A stretch of DNA of 64,000 bases from positions 1 to 64,000 of the IMG/VR virus record IMGVR_UViG_3300018080_000015. The stretch is one strand, 5' to 3'. Positions 7,918-16,181 of the stretch are shown here, piece by piece; position 1 is the first letter of the stretch; every line of letters starts with the position of its first letter. Below the pieces are notes generated by a model. That model was not told the DNA's origin. It was given only the letters and a program-made list of their open reading frames with translations, and searched no databases. This DNA comes from a virus. Both the position numbers and the translations under genes were made by a program.

Positions 7918-9405
7918 ATGGTAAAAGCGGATCTACTCGCGAAGCTTCTAGCAAAGCAGAAGCTCGAAGAAATCGCCGTCGATCAGGACGTGCTCATCGA
8001 AGAAAACGAGCGCGCAGCTGGTCTCGGTGAATCGATGCGAAAGGGTGTGGGCTGGTGGCGTGCTTTCATCGGGAAGCAGATCATCCAGCTCGCCCCCTAC
8101 GCGTTCATCGACGCAGCTGGAGAGCTCAAGTTCGATTGGTGCGTCGTCTATCACTGTCACCGCGGAAAGATGGGCAACCCGTTCATCTGGGACAACGCAT
8201 CTAAGCTTGTCCGAGAGCTCCGCAAGACTCTTCCCGGCTGGCAGCTCATGTGTCCGCAGGAGACCTACGGTCAGGCCTGTGTCGTGTGCGAGAAGAAGTG
8301 GGAAATTGGACAGTGGTTCGTGGACAACACTACGGAAGGGTGGAAGCACAAAGGCCTACAGGGCGTCGGGCTCTTCCCGGAACCACGCGCGATGAGCCAC
8401 GTGATGATCCGTCAGCACGCGGGTGATTGGCTTCGCACCAAAGAGGGCAAAGCCTGGATCAAGGTCGAGAAGCGCAAGCTCAAGCGCGCCAACGACCCAG
8501 ATAAGTGCCTCAAGCGCTTCAAAGATGGCATCGAAGAGGCAAAGGATCACGCCGAGCTCTGGTCCGATCACGTCGCCGAGAACGGAGACCAGCCGATCAT
8601 GGGCGCCTTCGGCCGAGACCTTTACAAGGAGCTCGCTTCTGTGGCTGGGGACTCCGAGTACGGTGTCGGACAGATCATCTCACCGACGGCGGGACTTCAG
8701 CTCACCATCGAGATCACGATCAACCCGGACAACAGCTACAGAGATACCCGCGTCAAGGTGCACCCGAAGCGCTCTCCGCTCGTGGCAGATAAGAAGGGCA
8801 AGCCCAACAAGAAGGCTATTCGAGAGCTGATCTCTTCCCTCGCCAACCTTCGGCTCTACCGCGACTATCCCTCAGAAGAGGTAGTAGATGCGGTCCACGA
8901 GCGTCTTAAACAGCTCGAGTCTGAGCTTTGTGACAAGGACGAAGACGACAATCGCAAAGAGCGCAGAAAGGCCAAGTCGAAGGCCGCCAAAGGCGAGGAG
9001 TACATCAGCAAGGACGAAGACGAGTTCGACGACGACGACGAGCTGGATGACGACGGAGAAGACTTCGAGGAATCAGACGACATAGAGGTAGACGTCGACG
9101 AGGAAGAAGACGATCTGGAGGACGACGAAGACGACGACGAAGAAGCAGAGGAAGAAATCGACTTCGGCATGATGGGCGATGAGGAGGAAGAAGACGACGA
9201 GCTGGACGACGATGAGATCGTTGAGCGCGTCAAGAAGGCTTCAGAGAAGGTCCGCGAAGAAAAGAAGAAGAAGAAGAAGGGCGGAGTCCAGCCCACCGAC
9301 GAGGAGGACGACGGGGGCAAGCCGATCTGCTTCCAGATGGACGTGTGGGATGAGGACAACGACTACTGCTCAGTGTGCATCCACGAGCCGGAGTGCGCAG
9401 ATTAG
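7918..9405 (+). CDS. gp32-like single-stranded DNA-binding protein with a very long acidic tail
   Basis: AAGGAG RBS; H..CPQETYGQACVVCE recalls the gp32 zinc site; long Asp/Glu tract; located between polymerase and RecA. Confidence 0.65.
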   Translation: MVKADLLAKLLAKQKLEEIAVDQDVLIEENERAAGLGESMRKGVGWWRAFIGKQIIQLAPYAFIDAAGELKFDWCVVYHCHRGKMGNPFIWDNASKLVRELRKTLPGWQLMCPQETYGQACVVCEKKWEIGQWFVDNTTEGWKHKGLQGVGLFPEPRAMSHVMIRQHAGDWLRTKEGKAWIKVEKRKLKRANDPDKCLKRFKDGIEEAKDHAELWSDHVAENGDQPIMGAFGRDLYKELASVAGDSEYGVGQIISPTAGLQLTIEITINPDNSYRDTRVKVHPKRSPLVADKKGKPNKKAIRELISSLANLRLYRDYPSEEVVDAVHERLKQLESELCDKDEDDNRKERRKAKSKAAKGEEYISKDEDEFDDDDELDDDGEDFEESDDIEVDVDEEEDDLEDDEDDDEEAEEEIDFGMMGDEEEEDDELDDDEIVERVKKASEKVREEKKKKKKGGVQPTDEEDDGGKPICFQMDVWDEDNDYCSVCIHEPECAD

Positions 9406-9413
9406 GAGGCCGC

Positions 9414-10640
9414 ATGTCACTTGGTTCGTACTACGAGAAGGCAGCGCCAATCATCGACGAGAGTCGGTGGTTGCGCACTGGCCTTTTTTGTTTTGATCTA
9501 CTTTGTGGGTGGGGACTCCCCAAGAGCTCCGTCGTACAGCTCTACGGACTCACGCAAAGCCGCAAGACCACGGCGGCGATGATTCTGCTGCAAGCGGCTC
9601 AACGGGCCGGCTATGCGTGTTTCTGGTTCGACGTGGAGGGTGGGTTTCTCGACCACGTTGCGATGCTCCTCGGTGTCAGTTTCGACGAGCCGAAATTCGG
9701 AGGCAAAAAAGGAAAGGTCGGAGGCTGGTTCGGTGGCAAGAACAAAAAAACCCAGGTCGTGAAAAAACCAGGTCTGCTGATCGAAGACGGCACGGAGATC
9801 TCCACCATCGAACAGCTCTTCGAAGAAGCCGAGCGGGCGTGCAAGGCTTGCCAGCGCGGAGGCCTGCGGCCGTTCTTCGTGATCGACTCGATGACTCGGC
9901 TTACCACTGACCTCGAAGAGAAGCACAGCTACGACAACGACACGCCGATGACCCAGGCCCGCTCCCTCCGGCGAGGGTACCGGCTCTTCCTGAAACACCT
10001 GAAGGCAGCCGATGGTATCTTCGTGGTGATAGACCACCTGAAGCCGACGGGAACGGCCGGCGCGGGCTCAGCCACCGGGTTCTTCGCATCCACGTGCCTC
10101 GAATTCAAACTGCTGCACGAAGAGCGCGACGGGAAAGAGCCCGTGAGTTTTGAGGCGCTGATCGCATCGACGAAGGCCCGAAATGCTCCAAAGATTGAAG
10201 CCCCACTGAGTTTCCACTACGAGACCGGTGTCGATCTCGCCGCAGACACCTTCTTCGGGCTCGTCGAGCTTGGCATCCTAGAGCTAGCTGGAAGCTGGTA
10301 CAAGCTCCCGAAGCGCTTCCCAGGAAAGGCGCGGAAGTTCCAAGGGAAAGAGAAGTGGGCTGCGTTCTACAATAGACACGTCGCGAAGCACCGCGAGTGG
10401 ATCGAACTGGAGGTGGCCTTGTGTATGCACCGACGCTTCCACAGGCTTTGTGAGAGCGGAGATATCGATCCGTACGAGCACCTGGCCAAGTTTGGTGCGG
10501 ACACGCTCAAGCGGGCCCGGGCACAGGAGAGGCGCATCGAAAAGAAGCTCGGGGTGAAGGTGCAGAAAAAGAGCAGAAAGAAAAAGAAGGTCGACGATGA
10601 GCTCGCTGACCTCTTCAAGGAAAAGGAAAAGGAGAAATGA
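9414..10640 (+). CDS. recA: RecA/UvsX-like recombinase
   Basis: RTG..FDLL..GLP..VVQLYG..SRKTT, WFDVEG, FVIDSM, QAR.L, FFAS and LAGSWY appear in RecA order; AGGAGG RBS. Confidence 0.85.
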   Translation: MSLGSYYEKAAPIIDESRWLRTGLFCFDLLCGWGLPKSSVVQLYGLTQSRKTTAAMILLQAAQRAGYACFWFDVEGGFLDHVAMLLGVSFDEPKFGGKKGKVGGWFGGKNKKTQVVKKPGLLIEDGTEISTIEQLFEEAERACKACQRGGLRPFFVIDSMTRLTTDLEEKHSYDNDTPMTQARSLRRGYRLFLKHLKAADGIFVVIDHLKPTGTAGAGSATGFFASTCLEFKLLHEERDGKEPVSFEALIASTKARNAPKIEAPLSFHYETGVDLAADTFFGLVELGILELAGSWYKLPKRFPGKARKFQGKEKWAAFYNRHVAKHREWIELEVALCMHRRFHRLCESGDIDPYEHLAKFGADTLKRARAQERRIEKKLGVKVQKKSRKKKKVDDELADLFKEKEKEK

Positions 10641-11668
10641 GATTGCTTCTGATCGATGGAAACAATGTAGTCATTAGCTGTCACTTCGCCATGAACGATC
10701 TGCGCAACAGCGAAGACCGTTGGGTTGGCGGACTGGTCGGCTTCATGGCACGTCTGCGGTACATCGTGAAGGAGTACATCGACTACGCCTGCATCGTGAC
10801 GTGGGATAGCACTCGAGCTCCATGGAGACTGGCGCTCTACCCCGAATACAAAGCCGGGCGGCCGGATCTGTCAGACGACGAGCAGGCGGGTATCAAGTGG
10901 CAGCTCCGAGAGGCGCAGCGAATCTGTCGCCTCATGGGCGTTGTGTCCGTACGGCTCCCCGGCACCGAAGCTGACGACATCATCGCCGTGCTCGCTCGAG
11001 CAGCGCGCAAGGCGATCATCTATTCGAGTGACCGGGACTTCTTTCAACTGGTGACCATCTCGAGCGGCGTGCGCGTCCACAGGACCATTCGAGACTCGAT
11101 GGGCAATGACCGCATCGTCGACCCCGTGAACCTCCCAGACGTCGTGGAGAGCTCGCTCAAGGGGGCCTACCGCAGTGCCGGAGAGGTACGGCTCGGTTAC
11201 GGGCTTGCGGGGGACTCCGGAGACAACGTGCCTGGGGTCTACGGCATCGGACACGGCCGCGCTTCACAAATCCTGGAGGTCTACGCGGCAATGTACGGAC
11301 ACAACGCAGTGGCTGTATCGCGGAAGTCTTGGCAACATGAGGGGCTCCGGGCTCTCTGTCGGGACGACCACCGAAAGACGTGGCGCAATGTCGATCACTG
11401 CTGGGACGACTTTCTGCTTTCGCTCTCGCTCACAGACCTGTGGCGGGACGACTTGCTCGAGCCAACTCAGGTCGCAACGATGCTCGATCGCATCAGGAAG
11501 ACGCCCAAGGTCTTCAACGTGCGCGAGACGGTGCAGTGGCTACGATGGGTGGAGTTCCACGAAGAGCTGGAGCACTTCGGCGCGCTCGAATACATCATGA
11601 GGCACAGACGCAAGATCAACGAGCTCGACTCCGAGCTCTTCTACTTTGCACAAGAGAGAGGACTATGA
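10637..11668 (+). CDS. 5'-3' exonuclease / flap endonuclease (T4 RNase H-like)
   Basis: LLIDGNN, WD..R..LYPEYKAGR, EADDII, SSDRDFFQL, GDSGDNVPGVYGIG. Confidence 0.92.
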   Translation: MRLLLIDGNNVVISCHFAMNDLRNSEDRWVGGLVGFMARLRYIVKEYIDYACIVTWDSTRAPWRLALYPEYKAGRPDLSDDEQAGIKWQLREAQRICRLMGVVSVRLPGTEADDIIAVLARAARKAIIYSSDRDFFQLVTISSGVRVHRTIRDSMGNDRIVDPVNLPDVVESSLKGAYRSAGEVRLGYGLAGDSGDNVPGVYGIGHGRASQILEVYAAMYGHNAVAVSRKSWQHEGLRALCRDDHRKTWRNVDHCWDDFLLSLSLTDLWRDDLLEPTQVATMLDRIRKTPKVFNVRETVQWLRWVEFHEELEHFGALEYIMRHRRKINELDSELFYFAQERGL

Positions 11669-12009
11669 AGATTGCAGAACTCGAACTACACGGAAACCTG
11701 GTGCTCGCTGAGCCGATGCCGAAGGAAGAACAGATCGGCGAGCTCTTTATCGTCGAGAACGACAACCCAGACATGCCGACGTGCAAGCTCTACAAGATCT
11801 TGGCGACCGGTCCAGGCCTGCTCAACCGGAACACTGGCGAGCTCGTCAGAGAGTGCGTGGTAAAGCCGGGAGACGTCGTGGTGCTCGGACCGATGCTGCG
11901 GGTCTCGCCGATTCGGCTGCAGGACTGCCGTGAGGGCGCGATCTTTCGAGACGACGAGTACCTCGCGAAACAGATCAGGCAGGTGCAACAGATCAGGCAG
12001 GTGCACTGA
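11665..12009 (+). CDS. groES: GroES/Cpn10-like co-chaperonin
   Basis: LHGNLVLAEP..EEQIGELFI..ILATGPG..VKPGDVVV..RDDEYLA follows the Cpn10 pattern; ATGA overlap with the upstream stop. Confidence 0.8.
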   Translation: MKIAELELHGNLVLAEPMPKEEQIGELFIVENDNPDMPTCKLYKILATGPGLLNRNTGELVRECVVKPGDVVVLGPMLRVSPIRLQDCREGAIFRDDEYLAKQIRQVQQIRQVH

Positions 12010-12650
12010 TGTCTTCGAGCATTCACGTACTCTGTATCGACCCGGGTTTCGCCAACGTCGGGTGGGCGATTCTGCGTGTTTTCTCGAAGCGGGCGGTCGT
12101 CGACGACGTCGGTCTGATCGAGACATCCAAGCTCGAGAAGAAAAAGGGCGTCTTCGCCGCTGCGGATCTCACACGCCGCTCAAAGCACATCGCCAGTGAG
12201 TTGCGGCTCCTAGCCTCGACGATCGATATCCACGACTGCTCGGTCACCCCGGCCGTCTCGGCAATCTGCGTCGAGGCTTTTTCAGCCCTAAGAAGCGCAA
12301 TGGCGACAGCACAGCTGTCTCGCTGTCTGGGGCTGATCGATATGCTCTCTGTCTTCTACAGGCTAAGTCTGATAGAGGTGGACCGCCGAACGTGGCAACA
12401 CGCCCTCATGGGGCACAACAGGAAAGTGACCAAGAGGGATATCGCTCAGGCGGTCGAGGCCAAAATCAAGATTGGACGGCGAGCACAGCAGAGCCTGAAA
12501 GCAATACCGACGGGCACACGAAAGCCCGGGGAACCAGGAAGGAGAGAACACATTTTTGATGCCATGGCGATCGGAATCGCCTGCCTCGAATCGAATGAGC
12601 TCAAGATGGCTCAAGAACTGCTCGCTGTAAGAGATGGAGAACAGTCATGA
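12009..12650 (+). CDS. ruvC: RuvC-like Holliday junction resolvase
   Basis: LCIDPGFANVGWA, ICVEAF, VTKRDI, HIFDAMAI. Confidence 0.88.
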   Translation: MSSSIHVLCIDPGFANVGWAILRVFSKRAVVDDVGLIETSKLEKKKGVFAAADLTRRSKHIASELRLLASTIDIHDCSVTPAVSAICVEAFSALRSAMATAQLSRCLGLIDMLSVFYRLSLIEVDRRTWQHALMGHNRKVTKRDIAQAVEAKIKIGRRAQQSLKAIPTGTRKPGEPGRREHIFDAMAIGIACLESNELKMAQELLAVRDGEQS

Positions 12651-13396
12651 AGACCATTCTGCTGGCTATTGCTCTCGTCTTCGGAGCCCCGGAGACAGAG
12701 CCTGAGCCACACCACTTTCTGCCGGGACTGCAGTTCGTGCTCGTGATGAACGCCAGGGCTGACCTGCCGTACGAGTACGGATGGTACACCTACCGCGCCG
12801 CACTGGAAGAGGACGTCGATCCGCTCGAGCTCGGTGCGGTTCTGATCTCAGAGGAGTCGGGACCCGATGTGGACTTCTCTGTGCAGGGAGCGCTCGCGCG
12901 CTCCTACGAGTATGATGATTGGGATCCTGATTCACTTGGCTCCTCGAAAGAGCGCGGGCTCTTTCAGATCAAACCTCGGTGGGTTTGGAGCATCAACAAG
13001 CATCGGGGGACTGACTACGTCAAGGACGACTTGTTTGACCCGGAGGTCAACGCCAGGGTGGCGGCCTACGTGGTGGCTCGTGCGAAGGAAAGTCACAAGG
13101 AACACTGCATAGGGAGGCGGTTCAATTATCATGAGTCTTTCGTGGCTCACTGGAAGTGCGCCCGAGAAGACCGCGACAACATCGACCCAAAAAATTTCTG
13201 TCGGTTCAAGCAAAAGAAGTATGAAAAATTGCTGATCAGCCTCAGCGCATTTTTCAGCCCTGATTTCAACGCTATCGGCAAGGCACACAACCAGCGCATG
13301 AAAAAGCTCAAAAAACGGCATGAGCGCTGGGTGAACCGCAAGACCCGTCGAGCGCTCCGGAAGCTCCGGAAGCTGCGGAAAAAATCTAAGACGTAA
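12647..13396 (+). CDS. lytic transglycosylase (SLT-like) with N-terminal signal peptide
   Basis: MKTILLAIALVFGA leader; VLISEES (catalytic Glu), RGLFQI, LFDPEVNARVAA; basic C-terminus. Confidence 0.75.
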   Translation: MKTILLAIALVFGAPETEPEPHHFLPGLQFVLVMNARADLPYEYGWYTYRAALEEDVDPLELGAVLISEESGPDVDFSVQGALARSYEYDDWDPDSLGSSKERGLFQIKPRWVWSINKHRGTDYVKDDLFDPEVNARVAAYVVARAKESHKEHCIGRRFNYHESFVAHWKCAREDRDNIDPKNFCRFKQKKYEKLLISLSAFFSPDFNAIGKAHNQRMKKLKKRHERWVNRKTRRALRKLRKLRKKSKT

Positions 13397-13416
13397 GATT
13401 CGATCGAGTTTCCTCC

Positions 13417-13444
13417 TGCGTTCTCGTTTTTGAGGACCCAAAAT
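13417..13444 (+). promoter_or_regulatory. conserved upstream motif TGCGTTCTCG-TTTT..CCCAAAA
   Basis: tgcgttctcgtttttgaggacccaaaat precedes an AGGAGG RBS. Confidence 0.5.
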
Positions 13445-13455
13445 AGGAGGAAACC

Positions 13456-14574
13456 ATGCCGAACGTAGGACCCAGTACAACCGCAACGGAGCGTGGTCTC
13501 GGCCACCACTTTTCGAAGGATCTGCCGTGGGACCGCAAGGTCTACGGAAAGGCAGGCTTTGAGCGCGGAATGTTGGCGGCCGAAGCTCTCGAACAGCTCG
13601 GCGCCAACTTCGAAGTGGCCAAGGTACCGCTCTTCTATCCGCCTGGGGTAATGCCCGAGATCGTCCAGGCGTACAACGACCCCAAGCAAGCCGACGAGCA
13701 GTGGCCTGACGAGCTCGAAGACTTCGACGTGACCTCCACAGGCATCAACGGGGTTGCGATGATTCCGAACACGTTTGGGATAGTCCGACTCAGTTTCGAC
13801 GACAGTCCTGTGCACACTCCGCTCGGCGTCTCTGGAGCCCGGTACACCCCGCTGCAGAATATCGACGCCTTCAGGCCCTTCGACGAGTTTGTCGAGGCGG
13901 GAGAGCTCTACTGGGTGAACGGTGGCATGATCGGGGCCGGAGAAGTCGTCTGGCTGCTCGGCAAGCTCAAGGGGCGCATCCGGCCGAACGGAATCAGGAA
14001 GGAGCTCGTCGACAAGTTTCTCGTCGTGGTCAACGCGCACGACGGCAGCTCGAGCTATCGGGTCATGGCGACGCCCGTCCACGTGTTCTGCTCCAACTGC
14101 ATCCGATGGGCTACAAAGGAAGCTCTCGCTCAGGCCAACATGCGGCACACGGCGTCGATCCACGAGCGGGCTGAGCAGATTCACAAGCTCTTTGTCAGCG
14201 CTCAGAAGGGCTTCGACACCTACCAGCAGTTTCTCAATCGACTGGCGCGCATGCGGGTCAAGCAGAAGCAGCTGATGGCCTTCCTGGACAAGTACATCCC
14301 CGGCAAGGACAAGGTCGACGAGGAGACCCAGGAGAAGGTCAAGGTATGGACGGCGAAGGCCCAGAAGCGCCGTGAGCGGCTCCAAGAGCTCTTCGAGGCG
14401 ACCACAGCGGAGCGGGGCGCCGGGACGGGTGTGGCGCTCCTGAACGCCGCCACGTACGAAACAAACCACCTGCAGAGCATTCACAGCACGACGGCGCGGG
14501 AGACTTCCATCTGGACGGGCACCGGAAGTCGGGACAACGCGAACGCAGTGCGCATTCTTCGGGGGATGGTGTGA
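13456..14574 (+). CDS. DUF932 family phage/plasmid protein
   Basis: LGVSGARYTPLQNIDAF, VVNAHDGSSS, PVHVFCSN, MRHT, LLNAAT. Confidence 0.85.
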   Translation: MPNVGPSTTATERGLGHHFSKDLPWDRKVYGKAGFERGMLAAEALEQLGANFEVAKVPLFYPPGVMPEIVQAYNDPKQADEQWPDELEDFDVTSTGINGVAMIPNTFGIVRLSFDDSPVHTPLGVSGARYTPLQNIDAFRPFDEFVEAGELYWVNGGMIGAGEVVWLLGKLKGRIRPNGIRKELVDKFLVVVNAHDGSSSYRVMATPVHVFCSNCIRWATKEALAQANMRHTASIHERAEQIHKLFVSAQKGFDTYQQFLNRLARMRVKQKQLMAFLDKYIPGKDKVDEETQEKVKVWTAKAQKRRERLQELFEATTAERGAGTGVALLNAATYETNHLQSIHSTTARETSIWTGTGSRDNANAVRILRGMV

Positions 14575-14834
14575 GCATCATCAGACGTAAATTCGATAGC
14601 GTGCGGGAGTTCTTGCACGCGGCTGGACAGTGGTCCGTGTTACGAGCGGACTCGCGCCGCGTCAAACGAGAACTCAGTGTGCTCGAGGGAGAGATGGAGA
14701 AGCTTGGCAAGCAGCTCCGTTGGGCCGCCGACTACGTAGCCTCGCGGGTCGAGGAGAGCTCTCCGCTGTGGACTGAGGGACAGGAGTGGCTCGAGAAGAC
14801 GGAGAGGCTCCTACGGTGGCTGGAGGGCGACTGA
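14571..14834 (+). CDS. hypothetical protein
   Basis: GTGA overlap with the upstream stop; coiled-coil-like sequence. Confidence 0.65.
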   Translation: MSIIRRKFDSVREFLHAAGQWSVLRADSRRVKRELSVLEGEMEKLGKQLRWAADYVASRVEESSPLWTEGQEWLEKTERLLRWLEGD

Positions 14835-14885
14835 TGCCTCGCCTTGGAAGTGTCCGTGGTGCGGAGTCGTGTACCCAGTTGTCGA

Positions 14886-14925
14886 AGAAGTTTCCGCCGC
14901 ACTTTAGAAGTTTCCGCCGCACTTT
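14886..14925 (+). repeat. perfect 20-bp tandem direct repeat AGAAGTTTCCGCCGCACTTT, two copies
   Basis: 14886-14905 is identical to 14906-14925. Confidence 0.9.
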
Positions 14926-14944
14926 TGAGGGAGAAGGACTGAAC

Positions 14945-15340
14945 ATGAACGAAGAAACAACACCGGTTCCAAACCAGGAGCTGCGAGAACTACAATCGGC
15001 GGCGCGGAGCTGGGCGAGGCTTGAGAAGGCTCAAGAGCTGGGACTGCTCAAGGGCCTGTCGGCCACAGCGATCAGAGTCTACCTCTACTACCTCGGAGCG
15101 GAGCGCCAACACGGTCGGTCGTACTGGCGCCAGCCCCTCGATGAGGCCAGGAGCTTTCATGCCACGAAGCTCGATATGGCTGATCGCACTGTGGCCACCG
15201 CGGAGAAGAAGCTCCAGGAGGCAGGACTCATCCGCATCAAACACCATTCGTATTTCGGGCAGCAGAAGAACCGCTCTGGGATCCGTCTCGTTTCCACAGA
15301 CGAGCTCGAACGTACCAACCCATCACGGACTCAAACTTGA
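14945..15340 (+). CDS. winged helix-turn-helix DNA-binding protein
   Basis: LSATAIRVYLY..LDMADRTVATAEKKLQEAGLIRI is a typical wHTH pattern; an alternative in-frame start exists at 14834. Confidence 0.7.
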   Translation: MNEETTPVPNQELRELQSAARSWARLEKAQELGLLKGLSATAIRVYLYYLGAERQHGRSYWRQPLDEARSFHATKLDMADRTVATAEKKLQEAGLIRIKHHSYFGQQKNRSGIRLVSTDELERTNPSRTQT

Positions 15341-15367
15341 GCTATGCCGGTTAACAGGAGGAGATCG

Positions 15368-16033
15368 ATGGATAATAAATACAACGGCCCCGTAGTGTTA
15401 AGGCCAGATCTGATACACGAAGAAACTGGTCGCAGATGTGTTGAGCTGACCGAGGTGACCTCTGAGCTGAAGGCGGCCCTTCGCCACATCTCAGAACAGC
15501 TCCTCGACGGAAACCCGGAGGAGTATGGAGGCATCGACCACATGCACGCTGACCTGGCTCAGTTCGCGCATCTCGCCGCTGAAGGGATGGCGACAGTCAA
15601 GGACAAGAGCCAGATGACAGAGATGGTCCACGGCGAGCTTGCATTGGCAGAGCGCGATCAGGCTCGCAAGGAGCTTGCCGAGTGGAAGCGCCTCCACGCT
15701 CAGCCAATCGCTGACCCACCGGAGGCTACAGACAAGTACGTGGATGTCATGGGTGAGATGACCATATCTTTCACGGTGCAGTTGCCTGTAGAGCTTTGCC
15801 GCGAGCCAATAGCCTGCGACGACCCTGCGATAGAGGCCGCACTACAGGCTGTGTCTGGGCACATCTGCACGTACATCTGGGGCGAGGACAAAAAGCCCGC
15901 TGTGGTCTATTGCGATGTGGGCGAGCAAAATGTGGAGATTGAGAGTGACGACAGAAAGTGCTTAACAGACGAGCCGGTTAACAGTGGATCGTGTAATGAC
16001 AGTGACTTAGCTCCGAAGCGCGAACGGAGTTGA
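15368..16033 (+). CDS. hypothetical protein
   Basis: AGGAGG RBS; last gene of the + arm. Confidence 0.7.
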   Translation: MDNKYNGPVVLRPDLIHEETGRRCVELTEVTSELKAALRHISEQLLDGNPEEYGGIDHMHADLAQFAHLAAEGMATVKDKSQMTEMVHGELALAERDQARKELAEWKRLHAQPIADPPEATDKYVDVMGEMTISFTVQLPVELCREPIACDDPAIEAALQAVSGHICTYIWGEDKKPAVVYCDVGEQNVEIESDDRKCLTDEPVNSGSCNDSDLAPKRERS

Positions 16034-16089
16034 ACGGTGAATAATGCCAAGTGATCTACCTCACCAGGTGCTGCAGGAGGCCTCTTTTA

Positions 16090-16155
16090 CACACCAACCG
16101 ATCCAGAAGACCTCGAGGTTCACCAGATCAATCGATCCGAGGTGTCTATGTTCAG
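16090..16155 (+). repeat. 66-bp inverted repeat, left copy (partner 42631-42696)
   Basis: cacaccaaccgatccagaagacctcgaggttcaccagatcaatcgatccgaggtgtctatgttcag matches the reverse complement of 42631-42696 at 64/66 positions. Confidence 0.95.
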
Positions 16156-16181
16156 GTGATCTACCCCGGTACCGAACTGCC

